Assembly (NCBI GenBank): GCA_002421785.1
Contig: DIRZ01000003.1
Coordinates: 340,700 to 372,699 of the forward strand
Length of the DNA stretch: 32,000 bases
Direction: 5' to 3'
Source: Candidatus Saccharimonadota bacterium
GTDB lineage: Bacteria > Patescibacteriota > Saccharimonadia > Saccharimonadales > Saccharimonadaceae
Shown in pieces: positions 23,203 to 31,539 of this stretch. Each line of letters begins with the position of its first letter. The first letter of the stretch is position 1. Under the pieces are notes generated by a model. It searched no databases. It had not been told where the DNA came from and was given only the letters and a program-made list of their open reading frames with translations. Position numbers and translations under genes: made by a program.

Positions 23203-25657
23203 GGGGTGGTAGCTCCCCAGCTCCAGGTGCTGGAGTGCTCAAGCGCGCGGCTTCTGCGTTCGTATCAAAGATCTGTTTAACTTGGTCGAGAGTAATTGTA
23301 ATGACGTCACCGGGATTGACATGACCGCTAAGCATCTGCCGTGCCACGGTATTTTCCACCGCTTTCTGAACGACTCGCCGCATTGGACGCGCACCGAGTC
23401 GTGGGTCGTACCCTTTATCAACAAGAAGTAGCTTAGCATCGTCTTCAACCACAACAGACACCTTTTGTACATCGAGCGTTTTATTGACACTCGCTAGTAT
23501 AAGGTCCAGAACCTGCACCAATTCTTCCTTCTTGAACGGACGGAAAACAACAATTTCATCAAAACGGTTTAAGAATTCGGGCCTAAATTGGTTCGTGTTA
23601 ATGAGCTCATTTACAAAATCAGTCTCAAACTGCTCCACTTCATAGCCGCGGTCGATGTATTCCCTTATCCTGTCGGCGCCTGCGTTGCTCGTCGCAATCA
23701 CAATCGCGTCACGGAAGCTCACTTCACGGTTCTTCACGTCGCGCAAGATACCTTCATCAAGCAACTGCAATAGTGTTGCTAGTACCTCGGGTGCTGCCTT
23801 TTCGATTTCATCGAGCAGCACGACACTAAATGGCTGTTTCATAACTTGGGCTGTCAGGCTACTGGGATCATCGGCGCCATCGGCAATCAGTCGCGACACG
23901 TCACTTGCTTGCACATATTCATTCAGATCAAGTCGTATTAATCGTCCCTCGCCCCCAAAATATACATCAGCAAGTGCTTTTGACAGCTCGGTCTTACCCA
24001 CGCCAGTTGGTCCAAGGAACAGGAACGTACCTATCGGCCGATTCTGATTACGAACCCCCGCGCGAGCTCGCCGCAGCGCATCGCTCACCACACCCACCGC
24101 CCGAGTCTGGTTGACCATTCGCTTGTGAATGAGGTCTTCCATGTTCAGCAATACTTCGCGATCAGCCGTATCACTTGCAACACTGACTTTTACGTCAAGC
24201 GTCTTTTCGATCGCTTGCTGCACTGAATTTATCGTCACTAGCCCCGATTCGTTATAGCTTGCAGCTGATTCTAGCAATTTGATTGCTCGCCCTGGCATCG
24301 CCAAGTCATGCACGTAGCGTTCACTCAGTCGATAGGCTTCCTTTACTGCCTGGTACATGTAGGTGACATGCCGATGTATCTCGGTGTATATCAGTTGTTC
24401 CTGCATTACCACCATTGTCTCGGCTTTATCGGTTGCAGGGACATTTATACGATTTAGCGAATTAATCAAGGCCGGGTTACGCTGGCCGATTTGGAGGAAT
24501 CGCTGCTCATCCATCGAAAGGATAACACGCAGATTACCGGCGTCAAGTATCGGCTGTAGCACATTGGAGAGATCAACGGCACCGACACCCTCTTCAAAGA
24601 ATAGCTGCGCGTTATCGAGGCAAATAATAATGTTTTTCGCACTATACGCTTCACCCAGCACCTGCATAATTAGTTGTTCTAACTCACCCCTGCCCGGTGC
24701 CGCCCCAATAAGCGCCGCTGAATCAAGAATGAACACTTGGCGAAATTTTAAAGAATCGGGGATTTTTGCAGTGGCATCGAGTAGCCGCTCGGCAAATGCA
24801 TGAATAATTGTAGTCTTGCCCGAACCTGCGGCACCCACCAACGCAGCATTTTGCCGGCCGCCCGTGCCAAATGCATCAATCAGCTGATCGATTGCTTCTA
24901 GGTGTGAGGCGACGTCTACCGTCAGCAAACCGCTACCATTTCCAATCTGCTCACTGATATTCTGGCCAAAGCGAGTCAGCAGCGGAATATAGCCGAATGA
25001 CCAGTCACGCGCCAGACCGCCCGTTCTTCGGGGTTTACTGTGCTTTGCGACCAACTCTCGCAAATGGTTTTGCCACTTGATTCCGCTATCTAGATCGTCG
25101 TCGTCCAAATGTATTTGCGCGATAAGCGATTGATAGTCCCCGAAGCTCCGGGTCAGCGCGACCGCGAGTACCGAACCCGTAATATGCTCTAGATTGTTCT
25201 TGCGCCGAATATCATCAGCGAGTTTCCAAAATTCAGGCATCGTGGCCGCATCATGGCTCGCAACAGATTGCAAGACGGATGACGAGAGCCCCAGTCGCGC
25301 ACCCATAAACTGACCGCTGCTCGTCCGTCCAGTCGCAAGCGCAATGTCTGCGGGTGTCGGCTTAGCGGGAAGCTGCCCCAAGATATCCCCAGACAGTATT
25401 TCTGTAACCGCTTCGCCCTTACCTGTCGGGAGGTGCCGTAAATCGTAGTGATACCACATGACGAGCATAAAGGGAGCGGAGGCTAATCCAAGTAACACCC
25501 AACCAAGCGACATATTAAGGAATAATAGGCCAAATCCGGCAGCAATGAGCAGCGCCAGCAACCAACTGGTGACAGTGATCGGTATACCCTGAAGCCAAAC
25601 ACCTACGCGCGCTTTGCGTGCTCGCAGTGAATGATAGTCGTAGTCTAGATGTGCCAT
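23195..25657 (-). CDS. Membrane-anchored Hsp100/Clp-like double AAA+ protein (ClpA/ClpB-related, highly divergent)
   Basis: Two N-terminal TM helices, Clp_N-like repeats, then D1 (Walker A GAAGSGKT, Walker B IIICLDN) and D2 (GPTGVGKT, VVLLDEIEKA, ARPMRR). The start is taken as ATG 25657, with ATG 25666 as an alternative. The track start at 25720 would overlap the upstream gene extensively. Confidence 0.85.
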   Translation of the reverse strand: MAHLDYDYHSLRARKARVGVWLQGIPITVTSWLLALLIAAGFGLLFLNMSLGWVLLGLASAPFMLVMWYHYDLRHLPTGKGEAVTEILSGDILGQLPAKPTPADIALATGRTSSGQFMGARLGLSSSVLQSVASHDAATMPEFWKLADDIRRKNNLEHITGSVLAVALTRSFGDYQSLIAQIHLDDDDLDSGIKWQNHLRELVAKHSKPRRTGGLARDWSFGYIPLLTRFGQNISEQIGNGSGLLTVDVASHLEAIDQLIDAFGTGGRQNAALVGAAGSGKTTIIHAFAERLLDATAKIPDSLKFRQVFILDSAALIGAAPGRGELEQLIMQVLGEAYSAKNIIICLDNAQLFFEEGVGAVDLSNVLQPILDAGNLRVILSMDEQRFLQIGQRNPALINSLNRINVPATDKAETMVVMQEQLIYTEIHRHVTYMYQAVKEAYRLSERYVHDLAMPGRAIKLLESAASYNESGLVTINSVQQAIEKTLDVKVSVASDTADREVLLNMEDLIHKRMVNQTRAVGVVSDALRRARAGVRNQNRPIGTFLFLGPTGVGKTELSKALADVYFGGEGRLIRLDLNEYVQASDVSRLIADGADDPSSLTAQVMKQPFSVVLLDEIEKAAPEVLATLLQLLDEGILRDVKNREVSFRDAIVIATSNAGADRIREYIDRGYEVEQFETDFVNELINTNQFRPEFLNRFDEIVVFRPFKKEELVQVLDLILASVNKTLDVQKVSVVVEDDAKLLLVDKGYDPRLGARPMRRVVQKAVENTVARQMLSGHVNPGDVITITLDQVKQIFDTNAEAARLSTPAPGAGELPPHA

Positions 25658-26028
25658 GGCACCCATCCCGTGCTGGCGAGCACCGCCCCTGCAAGTGGTA
25701 GCGCAGGCACAAACCCCCACGCGATAACCGCAAATAAATTTACAGCAACAGTCACAAGAAGCGTAATAACTCCCATGATGATGACTATCGTTCGCACGGT
25801 CGCACCAATTGTTCGCGATATAAGCTGGTCAAAAAAAGCTTGCAGCTGCACACCGATAGGGCCCCGTACCTTACCTGCCGATATTTGGCGAAAGGGAGAA
25901 AAAAGTGTACGCGCCAAAAGGTCAATAGAAAAGTAATCATAGACACTTGCAATATGCTCGCGAGCCACAGCAAACCGCTGACGCCACCCATCGCCATACC
26001 ACCACGAGAACAGACCCACGATAAACAT
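25645..26028 (-). CDS. Small membrane protein (127 aa) of unknown function, translationally coupled to the Clp-like gene
   Basis: Begins MFIVGLFSWWYGDGW...FSIDLLARTLFSPF, with C-terminal TM helices. The stop at 25645 overlaps the start region of the Clp-like gene. Start ATG 26028 was chosen because TACAAT lies 6 nt upstream. Confidence 0.65.
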   Translation of the reverse strand: MFIVGLFSWWYGDGWRQRFAVAREHIASVYDYFSIDLLARTLFSPFRQISAGKVRGPIGVQLQAFFDQLISRTIGATVRTIVIIMGVITLLVTVAVNLFAVIAWGFVPALPLAGAVLASTGWVPWHI

Positions 26029-26034
26029 AACCCT

Positions 26035-26040
26035 ATTGTA
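26035..26040 (-). promoter_or_regulatory. TACAAT (minus strand) 6 nt upstream of ATG 26028
   Basis: The minus strand reads GAGATACAATAGGGTT-ATG. Confidence 0.5.
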
Positions 26041-26078
26041 TCTCAGTCGCCCTGATTCGACTAGGTTATACTGACCGA

Positions 26079-26087
26079 TGCTATAAT
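26079..26087 (+). promoter_or_regulatory. Extended -10 TGcTATAAT 7 nt upstream of the murT ATG
   Basis: TGCTATAAT at 26079-26087, ATG at 26095, and no Shine-Dalgarno. Confidence 0.55.
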
Positions 26088-26094
26088 AAAACAC

Positions 26095-27378
26095 ATGCAA
26101 CAACGATTTGTTACCATGCTCGGTAAGAGCGTTAAGCGAATTGCACAGCTCCGAGGTGGCGGTTCTGCTTTGCCGGGCCTTTTCGTTGAAAAAATCGATC
26201 CTAAGTTTATCGCACGAACACTTTCGAGCCTCCCCCTGGGGGTCGTCCTTATTAGCGGCACAAACGGCAAAACAACGACGACGAAAATGGTTGTCGAGCT
26301 TTTACAGGGACAGGGCCTCACCGTCTTCACTAACCGTACAGGCAGCAATTTCACGCGAGGTGTCGCTGCAGCCTTGCTGGGCGAAGTTGACTCAAGGGGA
26401 AATTTAAACGCAGATGTCGCCGTATTGGAGCTTGATGAGGCGCATGCCGTTCACTTTGTCAAAGCAGTCAAACCACGCTTTGCGCTTCTACTTAATGTCA
26501 TGCGCGATCAGCTAGACAGGTTCGGTGAAATTGACAAAACCGCCGAACTTCTACATAAAATCGCCGAGCACACGACAGAGGGCATCGTCGTCAACCGCGA
26601 TGATCCACGACTCGGCTCGGCGGCTTTTGCCCACGGCATCTCAACCCCTATTCGCACGTACGGTGTCAGCGCTCAGCTTGCCCATATGTTCCCTTCAGAT
26701 GATTCGATGCGTAGTGAGCAATCACGTCGAACCACTCCCATAGCCCAAAATGCCGATGACGTCAGTCTTCAATCGGTAGACGAACAACGAGCAGTGATTT
26801 CCTATGCAGGCAGGGACCATGCCGTGCAGCTGAAGCTGAAGGGTATCTATAATGTACAGAATGCCGTCGGAGCCGTCGCCATTGTGCGCATGGTATTGGG
26901 CAATAAGCTTGATGAACAACAGATGCTCACATCACTTTCAAATGTAACACCTGCCTTTGGAAGGGGTGAGTCGATTATGATTAATGGCGACGCTTGCGAG
27001 CTCGTACTGGTAAAAAATCCTTCTGGGTTTCGCCTGAGTCTCAAGTCTTTTGACCCCACAGGACATGCGACCATGATCGCCATCAACGACGAGTATGCCG
27101 ATGGACGCGATATGAGCTGGCTGTGGGACGTTGATTTTGATAGTCTGCAGGCCGAGGGTGTTGCGGTTGTCACCGGTGTGCGTGCGTATGATATGGCGCT
27201 ACGACTTCAGTACGACGAGGTCGAACTAAAGTACGTCAACACTGACCTTGCGGCATCACTCGATCAGTTCCTATCGGCATCTGGTGGCCAACCGAAACGT
27301 ATGTATTGTAGCTATACTGCAATGCTGGCACTTCGCCGAGAGCTCGCTAAACGAACAAACGTGGAGACCGTCCGATGA
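26095..27378 (+). CDS. murT: Lipid II isoglutaminyl synthase, Mur-ligase-like subunit MurT
   Basis: Mur ligase P-loop ISGTNGKTTTTKM, a C-terminal DUF1727-like region, and 4-nt overlap coupling (ATGA) to a GatD-like gene. Confidence 0.85.
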   Translation: MQQRFVTMLGKSVKRIAQLRGGGSALPGLFVEKIDPKFIARTLSSLPLGVVLISGTNGKTTTTKMVVELLQGQGLTVFTNRTGSNFTRGVAAALLGEVDSRGNLNADVAVLELDEAHAVHFVKAVKPRFALLLNVMRDQLDRFGEIDKTAELLHKIAEHTTEGIVVNRDDPRLGSAAFAHGISTPIRTYGVSAQLAHMFPSDDSMRSEQSRRTTPIAQNADDVSLQSVDEQRAVISYAGRDHAVQLKLKGIYNVQNAVGAVAIVRMVLGNKLDEQQMLTSLSNVTPAFGRGESIMINGDACELVLVKNPSGFRLSLKSFDPTGHATMIAINDEYADGRDMSWLWDVDFDSLQAEGVAVVTGVRAYDMALRLQYDEVELKYVNTDLAASLDQFLSASGGQPKRMYCSYTAMLALRRELAKRTNVETVR

Positions 27379-28097
27379 GTGATAAAAAGATTAGAATCTT
27401 GCAGCTCTACCCACATGACATGAACATCTACGGTGACTGGGGAAACACGCTCGTGCTCAAACGGCGCCTCGAATGGCACGGGTATCACGCAGAGCTATTA
27501 GCATACAATCCCGGCGACAGCTTCCCAGACGACGTTGATATTATTGTGGGCGGCGGCGGACAGGATAGCGGCCAGTCAAGGATTGGTGCGGATTTACTCG
27601 CCATCGGTCCTCGACTCATCGAGCTCGCTGAAGACGGCACACCAATGCTGCTCATCTGTGGACTCTACCAACAGTTTGGACACTTCTTCAAAACCAAGGA
27701 TGGCACAATCATCAAAGGAATTGGTCTGCTCGACATCGAAACCCATGCAGGCCCCGAACGGCTCATAGGGAACATTACGACCGAAAGCAATGACTTTGGT
27801 ACCATTATCGGTTACGAAAATCACAGCGGCCAGACAACGCTCGGCCCCAATGCGCAAGCATTAGGCAAAGTTATTCGCGGTGGGGGCAACAATGGCCGCG
27901 ACGAAAGCGAAGGGGCACGTTACCGGAATGTCATTGGGACATACCTGCACGGGTCATTGCTCCCCAAAAATCCCCGCATTGCCGACTACCTCATTGAATG
28001 CGCCGTCTTGCGAAAGTATGGCGAATACCACCCGCAGGTGATTGATGACCATTTTGCCGACGAAGCTCGCGCCGTCGCGATTAAACGTCCGCGCTAG
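27375..28097 (+). CDS. gatD: Lipid II isoglutaminyl synthase, glutamine amidotransferase subunit GatD (CobB/CobQ-like GATase)
   Basis: Nucleophile motif LLICGLYQQFG and the His motif TYLHGSLLPKNP. Its size (240 aa) and pairing with murT fit GatD. Confidence 0.85.
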   Translation: MSDKKIRILQLYPHDMNIYGDWGNTLVLKRRLEWHGYHAELLAYNPGDSFPDDVDIIVGGGGQDSGQSRIGADLLAIGPRLIELAEDGTPMLLICGLYQQFGHFFKTKDGTIIKGIGLLDIETHAGPERLIGNITTESNDFGTIIGYENHSGQTTLGPNAQALGKVIRGGGNNGRDESEGARYRNVIGTYLHGSLLPKNPRIADYLIECAVLRKYGEYHPQVIDDHFADEARAVAIKRPR

Positions 28098-28557
28098 CCT
28101 GCTGCAGTGTATCAAGGTCTGCCAATACCTGAGAGGCGTGACCCGTGGGGATCACCCGGCCATACGCCTTCACCACTTGTCCCTCCGGATTTATGATGAA
28201 CGTTTTTCGCAGTATACCTTCTTGACCAAACATCTTTTTTCCCCAAGCACCATATGCGATAATCGTGTTCTGCTCGGGGTCAGATAGTAACGTAAAGGGC
28301 AGCGTGTATTTTGCAACAAATGCATCGTGACTCGCGGCAACATCTCGCGAAACCCCCACGACCACGGCCCTTTTGGCAAGTAGCGTGTCGTTCGCGTCCC
28401 GAAATCCGCACGCTTCAATGGTACATCCAGGCGTATCATCTTTAGGGTAAAAATACAGTACGAGCCATTTACCTTTATAGTCGGCAAGCGTACGGGTTTC
28501 GCCTTTTTCGTCCTGAAGCGAGAAGTCTGGTGCGGGGTATGGTGTAGATACTTTCAT
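28081..28557 (-). CDS. bcp: Thiol peroxidase / peroxiredoxin Bcp
   Basis: Motif FYPKDDTPGCTIEACGFRD with the peroxidatic Cys; typical size of 158 aa. Confidence 0.9.
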   Translation of the reverse strand: MKVSTPYPAPDFSLQDEKGETRTLADYKGKWLVLYFYPKDDTPGCTIEACGFRDANDTLLAKRAVVVGVSRDVAASHDAFVAKYTLPFTLLSDPEQNTIIAYGAWGKKMFGQEGILRKTFIINPEGQVVKAYGRVIPTGHASQVLADLDTLQQASADV

Positions 28558-28564
28558 AGTACCT

Positions 28565-28570
28565 AGTATA
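28565..28570 (-). promoter_or_regulatory. TATACT (minus strand) 7 nt upstream of the bcp ATG
   Basis: The minus strand reads GTATACTAGGTACT-ATG. Confidence 0.5.
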
Positions 28571-28599
28571 CCCGCTCAGCCGAGTCAAGACGAGCCATC

Positions 28600-28608
28600 T
28601 GGTATAAT
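28600..28608 (+). promoter_or_regulatory. Extended -10 TGgTATAAT 7 nt upstream of ATG 28616
   Basis: Read directly from the sequence; no Shine-Dalgarno. Confidence 0.55.
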
Positions 28609-28615
28609 AAGGCCT

Positions 28616-29701
28616 ATGTCCGACAAAACATCCTCTTCATCTGGCCGACTTCTGTCACTCGACTATCTTCGCGGCTATTTCATTCTTGTTATTATCATCG
28701 ACCACTTGTGGAAGTTCCCAAGTGCGTGGGCGCTCATGTCGGGACAGGCAAAATTGTGGGTCACCGCGGCTGAAGGGTTTGTCATCATTAGTGGCTTTAT
28801 GATCGGCTACATCAGGGGACGCAAGGGCCTAAAACTACCCTTCCCTACTATCGCACGCAAACTCATTAGCCGAGCGGCGCTGCTGTATGCATGGATGGTC
28901 ATCGCAAGCATGGGCTATATTGCGCTCGAATGGAGCAAGCTCGTCCCCAATATGCCGTATACCAAACTTCCCTCCGGTGACTACGGCGAAGCTTTCATGC
29001 AGGTTGTCACAGGTAATCAGCCCCACGTGTGGATACACTTCCTCTACCTTTACGCGATCTTTTTAGCGCTGGCTGTTGTCGCTGTCTATCTCCTGCGTCA
29101 TCGCCAGGCTTGGCTCCTTGCTGCGGCCGCGCTTACTACTTACCTCTTCGGCCTCATTCTCGATGTGGAATGGATGAAGTGGCAGTTGATATTCTTCGTT
29201 CCAAGTATCGCCGGCTTCTACTTTGAAAACATTCGCTCATGGTGGCAAACTCGCTCGGATGTTCTACGCCACCAATTGAGGGGCGGCCTTTGGGCGCTGT
29301 CGGGAATATTACTGTTCATGTCGGTTCTCACAAGTTTTGCTCCATGGGCATTACCCGAAGCGTTCAATCACTGGTCTGCCGGGGCATTTGTTATCGAAGG
29401 GTTTTCGCCATTACGAGTTATTGTCGCAGCACTATGGTTTGCGTCACTTGCGCTCATATTTGAACGTATCACCCCGTGGCTTCAGCGTCATACGTTTGGA
29501 GTCGTTGAGTACCTAGGCACCCACTCCCTCACTGCATACATCGCTCACGGCTATATGATTTGCCTGGTTAATTATTTATTCGCAGTGGCAGTGCCTGCAA
29601 TATGGGGAATCCCCTACAATACACTTCTTGGCCTAATTACCATACTCGCAACATACGCAGTCATCCGGTTGCCTATTATTCGATCGGTATTGCCGCGCTA
29701 A
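28616..29701 (+). CDS. OpgC-like / acyltransferase-3-type integral membrane protein
   Basis: N-terminal LSLDYLRGYFILVIIIDH motif and about 10 hydrophobic segments. Confidence 0.75.
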   Translation: MSDKTSSSSGRLLSLDYLRGYFILVIIIDHLWKFPSAWALMSGQAKLWVTAAEGFVIISGFMIGYIRGRKGLKLPFPTIARKLISRAALLYAWMVIASMGYIALEWSKLVPNMPYTKLPSGDYGEAFMQVVTGNQPHVWIHFLYLYAIFLALAVVAVYLLRHRQAWLLAAAALTTYLFGLILDVEWMKWQLIFFVPSIAGFYFENIRSWWQTRSDVLRHQLRGGLWALSGILLFMSVLTSFAPWALPEAFNHWSAGAFVIEGFSPLRVIVAALWFASLALIFERITPWLQRHTFGVVEYLGTHSLTAYIAHGYMICLVNYLFAVAVPAIWGIPYNTLLGLITILATYAVIRLPIIRSVLPR

Positions 29702-31263
29702 TCTTTGAGCCGAATCTCTACCGCTCGGATACTTGACTGATCGTCTGCCACCCCTTCTGCTTTTACTTCCTGTAAGATTTCCCAGGACCCTTCTTTTGGC
29801 AGCACCGCATGTCCCGTTTTCCAGTCACCCACATACCATATCGTGCCGCCGTGTTCACGCGCAAAATCTGTAGTGCTATACACTTTGCGGTAAGAATTCT
29901 TCCTTAGCATATCGTAGGATCCCCACGTCAAGTTATCTGTTGCCTCAAAGTACACAGGGTTACGCATACTGTCGTAGTAGTGCATCTCATAAAACCGCCA
30001 CGAAGTAGACGACAAAATCGGCTCACCAGCAGCACCCCTCTGTTTCATGGCATCGACGGTTTGACGAATCGGTAATGGATCATTTGCATTCTTATTGTAG
30101 TTTCCGATGGTATATACCTGGGCGACACCGAGCGACAATGTGGCAAACAGTGCGACGACGACTGGAACAGCAACACGCGGGCGTGTCCCATTCATCACCG
30201 TCGCAAATGCGATTCCGATTGCCGCAAACCAAAATGGTACGCTTGGCAACAAGTACCGATCAACGAACGATGGGCGAAGTGGCGGCAATGATAACCCTAA
30301 GAGCAAGAGAAGCGGTACAATCGCCATAACGAGCATCAAAACATACAGAGAGCGCTGTTCCCCGCGCAGCTTTCGATACGCAAGGACAAGACTCACGATG
30401 GTCGTCGCCATAACGAACAGCATCAGCATCGCTAGCCATCCCTGCACCTCATGATTCTCACGATACATGAAGATATTTGTCAGAAAATTAAAGGGCGTTG
30501 TAACACTGATTGGCCCTATCCAGAACCCGCCACCCTGCACGGTTGCCATTTGTTTTACCATGTACGGAAGCCATGGCAAGAATAAACCAATAGCAAGCAC
30601 ATGAGCCAATACCCACTCTTTCGTCCAAAATACCTTAGCGGTTTTGCGTATGTTTTTGCGCCGTAGGGCAATGTAGCGCCAAGCCCAGTGAGTAATCCAC
30701 ATGATTGCGGTGAAGTAGTGCGTCCACATGCCTAACGACACAAGCACCCCATATGTCACCCACTTCCAGCGTGCGGGCTTATGTGTTACATCGACAAGTA
30801 CATACGTAGCAGCAGCCACAATCGCCATCACCACACCGTACATTCGCGCTTCTTCAGAATAGCGAATCAGCATGGGAGAAAGCGAGAGCAGTGCAATAGT
30901 CCAGGCACCAACACGCACACCAAATGCCCTGCGAACTAGCAAGTACACAAACACGATAGCGATCATAATCATCACCATGCTCAATGAACGTAGCGCAATC
31001 TCGCTATTACCAAACCAGGTCTGCCATATCTTTAACATCCAATAATACAACGGAGGATGGACATCTGTGCTTGTGTATTTAGCAACTTCCAAAAAATTAA
31101 ATCGAATCAAGTACAGTCCATACGCCTCATCAAACCATACTGACCAACGAGCCATATTGCCGAGCGAAAGTAGTCCAAAGAGGCTCAAGCCGACGCCCAA
31201 TATTGCCCAGTCCTTATGCGTTAGCGCTTCGTTTTTTCGAAAGATCTTTTGAAATATGTTCAT
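29698..31263 (-). CDS. GT-C fold membrane glycosyltransferase (ArnT/PMT_2, family 39/83-like)
   Basis: Motifs FDEAYGLY and DVHPPLYYW in the first loop, many TM helices, and a C-terminal soluble domain. Confidence 0.85.
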   Translation of the reverse strand: MNIFQKIFRKNEALTHKDWAILGVGLSLFGLLSLGNMARWSVWFDEAYGLYLIRFNFLEVAKYTSTDVHPPLYYWMLKIWQTWFGNSEIALRSLSMVMIMIAIVFVYLLVRRAFGVRVGAWTIALLSLSPMLIRYSEEARMYGVVMAIVAAATYVLVDVTHKPARWKWVTYGVLVSLGMWTHYFTAIMWITHWAWRYIALRRKNIRKTAKVFWTKEWVLAHVLAIGLFLPWLPYMVKQMATVQGGGFWIGPISVTTPFNFLTNIFMYRENHEVQGWLAMLMLFVMATTIVSLVLAYRKLRGEQRSLYVLMLVMAIVPLLLLLGLSLPPLRPSFVDRYLLPSVPFWFAAIGIAFATVMNGTRPRVAVPVVVALFATLSLGVAQVYTIGNYNKNANDPLPIRQTVDAMKQRGAAGEPILSSTSWRFYEMHYYDSMRNPVYFEATDNLTWGSYDMLRKNSYRKVYSTTDFAREHGGTIWYVGDWKTGHAVLPKEGSWEILQEVKAEGVADDQSSIRAVEIRLKD

Positions 31264-31359
31264 AGGTCTTTCTATTGTAGTGGGTCATAGGGCACGTCGC
31301 AAGTGATACCCCTAGCATTCTCTGTTAGTTTGCGATATAATATCGAACGAAACACCTAT

Positions 31360-31435
31360 CGGGGTGTGGCGCAGTTGATAGCGCGCTCGGTTTGGGACCG
31401 AGAGGTCGAAGGTTTGAGCCCTTTCACCCCGACCA
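31360..31435 (+). tRNA. tRNA-Pro (anticodon TGG), CCA encoded
   Basis: Acceptor CGGGGTG/CACCCCG; anticodon stem CTCGG/CCGAG with loop TTTGGGA. TATAAT (31336-31341) lies upstream. Confidence 0.9.
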
Positions 31436-31446
31436 TTTTGATATAC

Positions 31447-31476
31447 AAACACTTCACTTCCTCGTGAAGTGTTTTT
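31447..31476 (+). terminator. Rho-independent terminator after tRNA-Pro
   Basis: Perfect 11-bp stem AAACACTTCAC / GTGAAGTGTTT with a 6-nt loop and a T-run. Confidence 0.75.
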
Positions 31477-31539
31477 CATACCGATCTTCTGTCTATAATA
31501 CTCATGGTCATATACGATAAACTGGATTATGATATAACT

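Noticed and set aside
21557-25733. Antisense and alternative-frame ORFs inside the P-type ATPase and Clp-like genes (e.g. 22037-22552, 23655-24047, 24363-24803, 23239-23490, 25515-25733)
   Set aside because: They are embedded in genes with strong family motifs. Their Ala/Ser/Arg-rich compositions are typical of out-of-frame translation.
30075-30454. 84-aa and 115-aa plus-strand ORFs
   Set aside because: Both lie antisense within the GT-C glycosyltransferase gene and are shadow ORFs.
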